Assembly: GCF_001194135.2 (NCBI RefSeq)
Contig: NC_068999.1
Span: 3,003,359-3,067,358 of the forward strand
Length of the DNA: 64,000 nucleotides
Direction of reading: 5' to 3'
Source of the DNA: Octopus bimaculoides
Taxonomy: Eukaryota
The notes below the pieces were generated by a model that was not told the origin of the DNA, searched no databases, and was given only the letters and a program-made list of their open reading frames with translations. Both the position numbers and the translations under genes were made by a program. This document shows, in pieces, positions 1-61,812 of the stretch; position 1 is the stretch's first letter, and every line of letters starts with the position of its first letter.

Positions 1-215
1 GGTCTTTCCTTGATCCAGGAGATGAAGATAAGGCAGAATCATACAAAATGAATTGTGTCATTTATCATTATTTCAACATTAACTGAACCTGAAGGCTTTA
101 TCATTAGTTATAACATCTCCACCACCTAACAATTTTTGATATTTTCTTGTAAGATTTATGAGTTTATTTTAAATATTTCATTAAATATATTTCCATTTGA
201 TAACATCGCTTTATA

Positions 216-978
216 TGAGGGTGAGTCAAGAAGTAATTCCATTTTCTTTATTTCATGTGAAGTTTTTAATAAAAATAACTGGAGATTTTCTCAGTTATAA
301 ATGATTATATCATTTATGTTCTGAAATATTTTGTTTCCTACTTTTCAGGTTTTTAGACTAGTAAGGAAAATTCAAAATGGCTGCCCCCCTTAGAGTTACT
401 TCAAAAACAAAGAGTAGTGATTGAATTTCTTGTTGCTGAGGGGGAAACACCTGTAAACATTCACCGACGATTACAAAATGTCTTTGAGGACAATGCTTTA
501 GATTATAGCAATGTATGCAGGTGGGTCCGTCGTCTGAAAGATGAGAAGGTGGGAACTGTGAGTGTAGCCGATAAACTCCCTTTCTGCCCATCCGTCCGCT
601 TCTGTGAATCCTGCCAATAAATCAAAAGCAGATGCTCTGATCAGAGAAGACAGGCGCTTAACTCTTGATGAGATGGCAGAAAACCTTGAAGTGAGCCATG
701 GAAGTGCTTACAACATTGTCGAATCACTTGGCTTGATGAGGAAGTGAAAACTGTAGTGAAGAAATGGCTCAAAGAACAGTCAACAGAATTTTACGGGGCA
801 GGGATACATGCTCTCATTCGAAGGTGGAACATTGTTATTGAGAGAAACAGTGACTATGTTGAGAAGTAGGGATGTGATCCACAGAGGACCGGCTTCATTT
901 TGATGTATGATACATGTTCCTGTGTTGGTAATTATACCTGTCCTAAACAAAATGCCATTACCTTTTGACTCACCTTCG
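216..978 (+). mobile_element. Internally deleted mariner element
   Basis: ~30-bp imperfect TIRs (TGAGGGTGAGTCAAGAAGTAATTCCATTTT / AAAATGCCATTACCTTTTGACTCACCTTCG) flanked by TA at 214-215 and 979-980. Has an HTH-like remnant (IEFLVAEGETPVNIHRRLQNVF...VCRWVRRL) and a mariner C-terminus (EEVKTVVKKWLKEQSTEFYGAGIHALIRRW...DYVEK); catalytic core is missing. Confidence 0.85.
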
Positions 979-1179
979 TATATTTGCATTTTATATCTTG
1001 ATAAGTGCTACAACCAGAATTATATTTTCTAATTTTTTTTTTGTGTGTGTCATCCTGCTTCTGTTTTATATCCCTATTTAAATACCGTTGCAGAACACAT
1101 TAAATAACAATTAAATGAAACAATTTCGTTTAATGCATTTCTATGATAATTAATGACACAAATAATATGAAGAGGTTCA

Positions 1180-1418
1180 AAGGCGGTCAGCTGGTCAGTT
1201 GGCAGAAATGTTAGCACGCTGCATGAAATGCTTAGCGGTATTTCATCTGCTCAGTATTTCGACCCCCAGTGTTCAGCTGGTACTTATTTCATCAACCCCC
1301 GAAAAGATGAAAAGCAAAGTCGACCTTGGTGGAATTTGAACTCAGAACATAGCAACAAGCGAAATACTGCTAAGCATTTTGTCCAGTGTGTTAACAACTC
1401 TGCCAGCTCACCGCCTTA
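1180..1418. mobile_element. Two SINE-like copies in inverted orientation (sense head 1180-1250, antisense copy ~1251-1418)
   Basis: Outer ends AAGGCGG...CCGCCTT; both match the GGCGGCGAGCTGGCAGAA...GAGTTCAAATTCC repeat seen many times in the window. Confidence 0.65.
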
Positions 1419-1423
1419 TAAAT

Positions 1424-1427
1424 AACA

Positions 1428-1470
<43 letters not shown>

Positions 1471-1506
1471 TAGTAGTAGTAGTAGTAGTAGTAGTAACAA
1501 TAATAA
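1424..1506. repeat. (TAA)n/(TAG)n microsatellite in the intron after the large exon
   Basis: Direct reading; produces the spurious poly-Tyr tail of ORF 1416..3752. Confidence 0.95.
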
Positions 1507-1547
1507 TATGTGAGGCAATACATGAGGAAAGACTTACCTATAAAGCG

Positions 1548-51619
<50,072 letters not shown>

Positions 51620-51622
<3 letters not shown>

Positions 51623-51745
51623 GTTTGAAACAGGAATGGCAAAGAAGTTAACAGCAACAACAGCAGCAGCTGCAGCAGCACTCCATACGAACGAACAACA
51701 AGCACTGTTGCACTGTCAGACGTCTCCTGCCTTACTGTGATGAAT
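51620..51745 (-). other. Candidate first exon: 5' UTR ending in the start ATG (51622-51620) directly at a donor
   Basis: CAAACATG|GTAAGT; the phase 0 donor matches the phase 0 acceptor at 42264, giving AACATGG (A at -3, G at +4). The 5' boundary is a guess. Confidence 0.6.
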
Positions 51746-51784
51746 CTTTGAGACACGCTGCTGAAATACTTCCCATCATTACCG

Positions 51785-51830
51785 CTTGTCACGTCAGCCC
51801 AAACCTTTCCAGCTTGTTGGATTGGTTAAA
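51785..51830 (-). promoter_or_regulatory. Candidate promoter elements: CCAAT (51825-51821) and TGACGTGA (51796-51789)
   Basis: Both motifs read directly, about 170-200 nt upstream of the candidate ATG; short motifs that could occur by chance. Confidence 0.3.
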
Positions 51831-51952
51831 TATCTCTAAACCGAACCAAGTAGTCGGCCTCATATTCTTGCAGACCCTCTTCTACACATGTTTACCAAAA
51901 ACATTGGCACTTTTCTTTCTTCTTTTTTTTTCTTCTTCTATTGTTATTATTG

Positions 51953-52023
<71 letters not shown>

Positions 52024-52094
52024 TAATGTTTCCCATCTGCTTTTTTTTTTTCATCTTGGTTTCTTTTCTGTTTAATATTCTTTTAGTCTTTCAC

Positions 52095-52478
52095 ACTTAG
52101 TTCAGTCATTTGATTGCGGCCGGCCATGCTGGGGCACCACTTCGAAGGTCTTTAGTCGAACAAATCGACTCCCAAGGCTAATAACTTATTCTGTCTGCTC
52201 CTTTTGCTGAACTGCTAAGTTAACGGGGATGTAAACACACCAACCGTTTGTCCAGCAGTGGTGGGGGAGAAACACACACATACACACATGCACACACACA
52301 CACACACATACATATATACGACGAGTTTCTTTCAGTTTCCGTCACAAGGCTTTGGTCGGCCCAAGGCTATAGTAGAAGACACTTGCCCAAGTTGCCACGC
52401 AGTGGGACTGAACCCGGAACCATGTGGTTGGTAAGCAAGTTACTTACCACACAGTTACGGCTGCGTCTTTATCTTTAT
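52095..52478 (-). mobile_element. tRNA-derived SINE with a CORE-like segment
   Basis: Minus strand TGTGTGGTAAGTAACTTGC...GGGTTCAGTCCCACTGCGTGGCAACTTGGGCAAGTGTCTT; partial second copy at about 52880-52995. Confidence 0.6.
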
Positions 52479-53279
52479 TTTTCTCTCTTAAGATCTTCTT
52501 CTTCTTCTTCTTCCTTGCTCGTGCTATCAATCTACAACTACAGAGTCTAGCCCCATTTATCCACCCCTATTTCGCCGTTCTCATTCACATTTTATAAAAT
52601 TTACTGAAGAACGGTTTTAATCCCGAAAGAGGAAAAGTTCTTTCTGCTGCATCTACAACGAAATTTTCCTCCTCATGGCGGCCACAAGAAAAAGGATACC
52701 TTTCGGCTTTTCGTTGTGAAAGAAAGCCGCCAGATCGAACATTACAGAAACTTGGATCCGTCTCTCAAATGATCACATGCACAGACACCAATCGAGTATC
52801 GAAAGGTTTCAATACCTGTGAACAGTTCAGATAGATTCGACTGAGGGCGGCTCTGACATGTTAACGCCCCTCTGTAGCTCTTGTTTCACTCATTTGACTG
52901 CGGCCATACTGGGACACCACCTTGAAAGGCTTTAGTCGAACAAATCGATCCCAGAACTAATACTTATTCTATCTGTCTCATTTGCCGAACCGCTATATGA
53001 CCAATACAAACCGAGCTGTATTGGTAACTGTTCATAATATCCGGCGAGAAAGCCTTTCAGAGAGACAACTCAAACTAACATTTGTCCTAGATTATCTACT
53101 GATAATCAATCCTTTAGATTTGCTACTCTGTCTGTCAGTATTTCTAGCGATAATCTTTTGACCAACATTTTAAAGGTCTAACATTATCAACATATCGTTT
53201 CTGTTTTGGACCTTTAGATTGTTCAACCTCGTTCAGTCTGTTTTATGTCTCTCTATCATGATATATATATATATATAAT

Positions 53280-53572
53280 TTATCGACCCTGAAAGGAAAA
53301 GTCGACCTCGGAGGAATCTGAACTCAGAATGCAACGACAGACGAAATACCGCTAAGCGTGCTAACGTTTCTGCTAGCTCGCCGTCTTAAAAAAATGTAGA
53401 AATTTTTGATTAGATCGACTCCAGTATGCAACTGCTACTTAATTTATCGGCCCCGGAAGGATGAAAGGTAAAGTCGACCTCGGCGGAATTTGAACTCAGA
53501 ACGTAAAGACGGACGAAATAATGTTAAGGAATTTCGGATGGCGTGTTAACAATTCTGCCAGCTCGCCGCCTT
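53280..53572 (-). mobile_element. Two adjacent SINE-like copies
   Basis: Two runs of GTCGACCTCGG..GGAAT.TGAACTCAGAA...GCCAGCTCGCCG at about 53280-53387 and 53405-53572. Confidence 0.7.
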
Positions 53573-54201
53573 ACGTCAATGTGAAAATTAAAACATCCTT
53601 TAATGAGATGCCTAATAACCTGAACAACAACAAAAGTGATAATCTTAGCAACGGCAACTCATCGTAGAATTAAGAACACCGACACATTTATGATAGTCGC
53701 AATAAGATCGGTAGTCTTCAGTTAGCCTTGGTAGACTTGCCTTTTGCTTCACATGGAATACGATATTGTTTAGATATTCGTTTAGATATTCGTATCAGAA
53801 ACCTGTTGAGTTTGTTTGGTCTATAAATCTCTGGTGAACTTCTTTTACAATTCACACAAGTCCTCGGCACTCTCTCACCATTCTCTCATTCTCTCTCTTC
53901 TTCTCTGTCCAATATATTACGCAATGGTTGGCCATAATTCTCACTTCTTTGACGATATCTCTGGATTTATATATTTAAAGCTACCATTCTTGTTCCAAAT
54001 ATTTCACTCCCATAGACATTATTTATTTGAACAGTCTTACCAATTCTCATGTTATGTAATATTCTATTTGTTTTGTATATGCTAGTATTCAACTGAATTC
54101 TGTCTATTTTCTTGTCTGGTCTTCTACAAATTGTTTTCCTTCAAGTGTCGACCATTCCCGCTGTTATTTTTACTCCCTCACTTTCCCTCTCCCCTCTCCT
54201 C

Positions 54202-54288
<87 letters not shown>

Positions 54289-55165
54289 ATATATCTACCT
54301 CTCTCTCCTGTTACTTCACTTTTCTTTTATTGTGTTTATTAGTTTTTTTTTTTTATTTCTTCGAAAATTCTAGATACTCAGTTACACATATTTCAAGACT
54401 TACCATTTTCCCTTATCTCTAACATCATTACATACGTCAACAAGCAATATTTTCTAGTTGCTCCAACTTGATCACATAGTTACTGTTCGGTTGGAATGGA
54501 GAATCCTCTCTCATTTTCCAAGTGTAAGATAAATTAAAAAAAGAAAATATTGATAGAACTAGCCTTTTTTTCCTTGTTTGATAAAAATATTGTCTTAAAT
54601 TCACTCGAAGGACACGCACTGATTGAGTTAGGTGCCACAAACATTGATAAACTCAAAGAACTATCGCAGAAATATAAGCATATTCTGGACTGGATCACTT
54701 GAGATTTGAAACCACATCTTCCAGCTTCACTATAGGAATGGAACTGTGGATGATTCTGGTTGTTGAGCCAGTTAAATGGCCAAAGACAGAACAAATGACA
54801 GAATTATCGTACAGATATTTTTTGTGGAAAAGTCTACAAAATGGTTCTTTATTTTATGCAACGTCGTTCAGTAAAATGTTACAGAATGTGGTTGTTCGTG
54901 CTAAGCTTTTAGTGTAAAAACATGATTGCCTCTGAAGAGAATGTCATCTTCAACTCCAATTTATTAACATTGTCTCTAAGTTACTTCAGTCACATTGAGT
55001 GATTCATCTTTCAGATGATGGTCAACGGTTTGGTCAGCGAATCATGGAATAGATTCTCTGGAATCTCCAGTCTGAGAATTTGATCACTCAGTCGTCATGA
55101 TCGCCAACTCTTGCTTCAATTATATACATGTGGATCCACTTGGTGCACTGCCTTCATGAACCGGT

Positions 55166-55218
<53 letters not shown>

Positions 55219-55267
55219 ATACATGTATATACATATATGTCTGCGCATACATACATATGTACATACA

Positions 55268-55298
<31 letters not shown>

Positions 55299-55744
55299 GT
55301 AGACAGATAGATGAATAGGTAGACAGATGTATATAAAGGGAGGGCGAGTGAGAGAGGGAGAGATGGAAACACCCTATGACTCATGATGTCGTCTGTCTTT
55401 TTGTCTACAAACCATTCCAAATATTTTCTCCTTATCAACTTAGACAACCACCACCACCACCACCACCACCACCACTTCTAGTCTTCCTTCCTCTACTACT
55501 ACTACTACTACTACTACTATTACTACTACCGTGTGCGCGTGGGAAGTGAATATGAATTAAGTGACCGGTTAGTTAAGTGCTTGGAATGTCAGGAAGCGAA
55601 CGAGCAGATTGCCTTAGAATTTCGGACCGGATGCGATCCATCGACTCCTCTCTTAAAAGAACGTCAACCTATCAGTGAACCTAACTGGGACTCTCCTTAG
55701 ACGCACTCACACACACACTCACATACAAACACACACATACACGC

Positions 55745-55799
<55 letters not shown>

Positions 55800-56215
55800 A
55801 TGAGTGTGAGTGTGATGAGTGTGTGTGTGTGTGTGTGTGTGTATGTATACGCGTATATATGCATGATACATGCATTTCTAGAATGCACATAAACACGGCC
55901 TCATTAGTATTTGAACACCCAAATTTCCTGGCATCTAAAGCTGCAAGAGATTTTTTCTTTTTCTTTTCTGCTTTTAACATCTGATATTTCAGGTACCTGA
56001 GATCGAATCCCACCTCTATACACTTTCATTTTCATTCTCATTTGGGAGTTGTGGCTGTTGTGGTTGTTGTTTAGCCCCAGGCCTGTCTTCATCCACGAGA
56101 CCTATGATCAATAGCATTCCGTCTGCAGAAATAATGTTTTACTTTCAAACCGACACAGTGTATCTAAGACTATATAATTTAGTGTGTTTCTCCCTTAAGC
56201 TGTTTTGGTATAATA

Positions 56216-56815
56216 CGAGGTCTGATCAATAAGTATCCGGACTGTTGCTATAGTAACGAAGCTAAAGCACGCAGAGTTGAAGCCGCTTGGCACAGATTGA
56301 CCTTGAACTCTGCTGTGCATGCGCGCTAAGTTTTATCATTCTAACTGACTTCCGCTTTTTACAGCAGTGCTTGGAAGGAATGTGGATACCGTGTACTCGT
56401 GGCATTGACCATGACAGAGAAAGTTGTCATTGTGATACCTGCTCAGAGACCTATGCAAAGTTACAGAAAGTGTATGGAGAGGAGTGTGTGAGCCACACAC
56501 AAGTGTACGAATGGTTCAGACGTTTCTAAGATGGCCGAAACAATGTCGATATTCACGAACGTTCTGGGAGACCTGCGACCAGCAAGACTGAGAAAAATAT
56601 CGCAAATGTGCATGCATCTGTGAAGGGAAATCATTGAATCACCGTCTGTGAGTTATCAGAGGAGGTGCAGATTAGTTACGGTTCAGTTCAGTCCATTATC
56701 GCTGAAGATTTGGATATGTCAAAACTGCTTTCAGCTGACCAGGAAGACATTTGGGTTTCAGTGGCACAAGATCTCCTTGATTGTGTCGAGAACGATGAAA
56801 AGTTTTTGAAAACTT
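56216..56815 (+). mobile_element. Second, 3'-truncated copy of the non-autonomous mariner at 36790
   Basis: TA-CGAGGTCTGATCAATAAGTATCCGGAC...; remnant ETYAKLQKVYGEECVSHTQVYEWFRRF*DGRNNVDIHERSGRP. Confidence 0.8.
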
Positions 56816-56981
56816 TACGTAGGCCGCTGAGTAGGTATTGCCAAGCTTTTGGCAGAATTTGATGCAGATTCTCTGCTCAACTTTCTCTTTTAATTGTTTA
56901 ATTTTTAATCGTTATATATATTGTTTACACGTTGTAGAACCCATTGTATCGTCCTGTTTTGGGAGTCTTTTTATATTAAAA

Positions 56982-57273
56982 CAGTGGTTCCCAAACTTTT
57001 TCAGGTTGCAGCCTCCTTGACACTCGAGCCACATCCTCCCCCCCCCCACTCAGCATTACAAACGTAGACAATTTTCTGCAGCAAATTCAGAACGACAGTA
57101 TTTCAAAAATAAAACTTAACCTAATTAAACCATTCTTTTGGGGGTGAAGGGTTACATCCATCAACCCCTTTTGGCCACACTATTATTGCCCTACTTTTCT
57201 TCTATGCTCCTCATGATCTTTTCATTGATCACAACGAAGTGGGGGGCAGTATCGCTCACTTTGGGAAGCACAG
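56982..57273. mobile_element. hAT-type MITE with 8-bp target-site duplication
   Basis: TIRs CAGTGGTTCCCAAAC / CTTTGGGAAGCACAG; TATTAAAA on both sides (56974-56981 and 57274-57281). Confidence 0.85.
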
Positions 57274-58029
57274 TATTAAAACTTAACAGTAAAACGCTTT
57301 CTTCGGTTTAATAGTAAATGTTTATTTCATTTCTGTTAGCAACTACATCTGTGTTGCATGTTGTGTGTGTGTGTCTGTGTGTGTGTGTGTGTATGTGTGT
57401 GTGTGTTGTGTGTGTTGTGAGTTTTATGGTGTCTGTGTGTTTTTTTTTAGATAGATTTGTAGCCTGAATTCTTCAACAGTGTTGAACTAAAAAGACCGTT
57501 AGTGAAACCTTGTCAATAATGGTACAATGAAATATCCTCCGAGGAAAATTATACGATGCACCACAGATATAGATATGATATACACATTGAGAGAAGGACA
57601 CAGACACACACACACACGTATATAAATGCAGACATACACTCACGTACACATGTTCTCAACCATACCCACGATCATATAAGAACATACATGTTTAAACACG
57701 CGCACATGTTTCTATATAGGGATATATACGTTGTGTGTGTGTGTGCGTATTTGTGTGTGCATGCGTGTGTGTACGTGTGTGTGTGTGTGTGTGAGTGTTT
57801 AGAAAATGGAGTTATGCTGGTGTAAAATTTCAAGTACGTTCCGGCCTGCCCTACAGGCCAGCCGTACAGTAAAAATTAGTTGAACAACACAGTGGCCTCA
57901 CCCCCTCATCCATCTCCTTCTCCCTCCCCTTCTTCCCCTTCTTACTGCCCAGAAGAAACGGTTAAGAAACGTGTTAAAACAGACATTTGCTATGAAATCA
58001 GCTTCAACTTGATACTATACTTTGGTTCC

Positions 58030-58105
58030 CGTTTCTTCTTCTTCTTCTTCTTCTTCTTCTTCTTCTTCTTCTTCTTCTTCTTCTTCTTCTTCTTCTTCTT
58101 CTTCT
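58030..58105. repeat. (TTC)n microsatellite
   Basis: Direct reading. Confidence 0.95.
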
Positions 58106-59937
58106 CCTCCTCTTCCACCTCCTCCCCGCCATCGTCTTCTGCTTAAAGATTATCTCAACTTATCCAACTCTCTCAACTTAATTCTAATTCTTTTCTCACC
58201 CCTATCTCTCGAGTTTGATAAAAACCCGTCAAAATTTAAGCAATCTTCTTGTTTTTTTTTCATTATTATTTTTTTTTTTTCTTCTCTTTATTTTAACATT
58301 TTCACTTGTCTGTGATACACTTGTCTGTTCTTTGTTTTTACGAGGGTCTAAAAAGAAAAAAATGTCTAAATGTTTTTTGTCAGTATTTACTGTAAACCGA
58401 AACCTCAGACATCTGCCGCAGTGTTGATGTCAACTCCTTACAAAGACGGACTCAAGTAAACTGCGAATATCATTCAACTAGAGTGGGGTGGGGTGGGAAA
58501 GAGATAACATACTCAAAAACTAAAACGACAAAAAGCGGGGCAATTGGTAGAGTTATTAAAGAGCGCTGGAGAGAACGCCTGGTGGTATTTGTCCTCACAT
58601 TCGTTTGGCAACCATAACATACCATCAAGTATATTAAAGGCTTACAAGTCAATATTTCCTCTAATTTTTGTCTTAGCTGTGCAATGTTCTCAGTTCTAAG
58701 TTTATCTCTACAAATTTTCTATAGAATTCAGAGCCAACACTGAAAGTTATGACGTTTCGTATATGAATACATCCATGTAAACAATGCAGTCAAAGATAGA
58801 AAACTTAGGTAATGGATGTTTATGCATATTCCAAGAGTTATTACATTTTATATATGTTTGAAGAGACAGTAAACATACACTTACAAACAGTAACCCGTTT
58901 TATTCTCTGCAGAGGGAATGGGTGTAGAAACTTGTAGTTCTAGGGATGAAGTTTGGGTGAAGTGTTTAGAGTAGAATGCTATGACAAAGCTATGACATTG
59001 TATCTAATATAACACCGATAAGTTCAGTAACTCAAATGCAGCATGCCTCTATTGTTTTGTGGTAACAGTGACAGTATAGAGTGCTCTATGACGGATACGG
59101 GGTATGATCGATTACTCAGTTGAAAGTCAAAGTGAAATTGCCCAGTGAATGGTGTTAGATTTAATTGCTCAAAATTCTTTGTAAATGTGGACAACCTAAC
59201 ATAAAGTTGATGTTGTGATGATTATGGCGAACATTTGTGTACTTGTAAAGATAAACATGGAAAGACTGTTGTCAAGCTGAGATGGCAGAAGTGTGTCTGG
59301 TGGGTTATTGGTATTAATATATATTCCAGATGTGACGGTAAGAAATTATGTGTACTAGAACTGACGGTAGAAATCAACTGTATTCTTTGACTGTCGAAAT
59401 ATTCTTGAAATTTAAGTATCTTCTTTCAGTGTCTGAGAGCCTCTATAAGTGTTGTGTTTGCGGAATCTCTTTCGATGTAGTAATACCATTTTATTTCGTC
59501 TATTGTAGTTTAGCTTCTATCAGAAAAGTTTACGGGTTCCTGAGCAGAGCTGGTAATTATCATAATAGATTATATTATAGTAATATAAGAGTTATATTAC
59601 AGCAATAATTCAGTCATATTATACGACGGAGTGCTGAAAAGTTTTGGCTTTAAGCTTTCCACGAAATGCTTGGTTGGAGGCCCAACCTTCCGAGTTCTTT
59701 TATAGAGCTTAGAAATACTGAAGGACCCCTGCAATAAGTGAGGGAATCTGCAGTATTGAAACAAAGTGTTTATATTTGTCTATACATACAGGGCTAGTTA
59801 AGCCTCTATAAGTATATATTCTCAGCATTTAGACGAGATGTTTATATTTTGTTGTAATGTTATACACTGTATCACAGCTTTAGCCAAATCTCTCTCTCTC
59901 TCTCTCTCTCGCTACCCCTCTCTTTCTACACACACAC

Positions 59938-60007
<70 letters not shown>

Positions 60008-60853
60008 TCTTTTATATGTTTCAGCCCTAAAGCTGTGGCCATCCTAGACCACTGCCAGTATATATATTTTCGTTTTGTAAGATTCTTGATGTGAAATCGT
60101 GTATTGAAACAGATATTGTCGTATTTCGGCCATTTTTTGCCAAATAAACACACGTACTAAAGAGGTCACAGATGTGTGACGAAAGATTTCCGGACAATGG
60201 ACATGACTTAAAATAATAACATAAGAACAGTAATAAAACGAGTGAAGAAAATATATACAGTGCGTGTGTTTATTTGGCCCCCCAAAAATTACCATCCCGA
60301 AATACAATAATATATATATATATATTTATATATACATATATATATACACTACAGTACAAAACGTTGTTAATGCTATTGAAACAAAACTCCGTTAATGTTA
60401 CAACTAAATTATTAACAAGAGGCGTGTTTGGATTTGCTTAAATTCTACAGAGATTTGTTGAAATTACAGGACATTGCTCCGACGCAATTTTCTTGACAGC
60501 ATTGTCCTCTGTTTAGGCCAGTCTCTCTTAAGAAACAAAGATTACACATGTTTAGAACTTTTATTGAAGCTGTAGGCCTCTGTTAACATCTTGTTTTGAG
60601 TATCCAGTGGTGATATAATATGAAAATATATATCATAATTGACACAGGCGGATAAGAAAGAAGAAAAGAGAAGGTACGGGGTGGCGAAGGAAATTAAATA
60701 CAATATTTTCACGTTCCCGTAATCCTTTGGGATTATTTAATCCACTCTCACTTACGAATACTCGCACATGCACACACTCAGACACACACACACATTTTCT
60801 TTCTCTCTTCCTCCCCCTCTCACTCACTCGCTCACTCCTGCACGCACACACGT

Positions 60854-60885
<32 letters not shown>

Positions 60886-61201
60886 ACACTCGTACGCACG
60901 CGCGCGCACACCGAACTATAGCAAAGGTCATTGCTGAAACCCCAAGAGGAAATCTAATATTTTAGAACATTTCTGCCTTTTTTTTTTTTTGGCAAAGGTT
61001 CTTATTTCTATTGCTTCCACTTGGCCAAACCTAACTCACAGCTTCTCACATTTCGTGTCATTTTGGCTCCTCATATTTCAGATTTGCTTTGTGTGAATAA
61101 ATATGTAGTAACGCCGTGCGCATGCGTAGTCTCACGCATGCGTAGAATTAAACAACCAAGTGTTCCCGCTCAATTCATTCTCTTTCTTGCTAGCCAGCGA
61201 T

Positions 61202-61301
61202 TGAGCATGGACGTGGTTAAGCTGTCTCTCAACATCTTTCTCTTTTACGGTTGGCCGACCATGAGCATTGGACGTGGTTAAGCTGTCTCTCTACATCTTT
61301 C
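61202..61301. repeat. Two-copy ~40-bp direct repeat
   Basis: TGAGCAT(T)GGACGTGGTTAAGCTGTCTCTC.ACATCTTTC at 61202 and 61262. Confidence 0.85.
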
Positions 61302-61725
61302 GGACTTACACTCGACAGCTCGCTCGCAACTGCATACCCACGTCCCAACAACTATGCTCATACACACAGAAGCTGTAACAACAAGAAGTAAAGATGTATA
61401 TATTTACCACCTGAATAAAAGTTGTTTAAGTTGATAGTCTGGAGTTCAGCGTTCCGTTATATTCTTTAATTACATAGTAGGAAAGTCAGGTATACATCTA
61501 AAGATGTATAACCCTCTCCTCCGCAATCCCTGGCCCAGCACCAAAATATGAAACCAGTAATGGTGTAATTCTTCATAATTTACTTTTGGTATTCCATAGT
61601 ATAATTTATGGAAATTCTCATTACTTCTTTTGTGACAAGACGAAACTCGTGGCTAATTATTTGCTTCAAGTTTTGGCACAAGGCCAGCAAATTTGGGGGA
61701 GGGTGCGAATCGATTACATCGATCC

Positions 61726-61812
<87 letters not shown>

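Noticed and set aside
1416-1547. Poly-Tyr C-terminus of ORF 1416..3752
   Set aside because: Lies past a consensus GTAAGT donor and is a TAA/TAG microsatellite.
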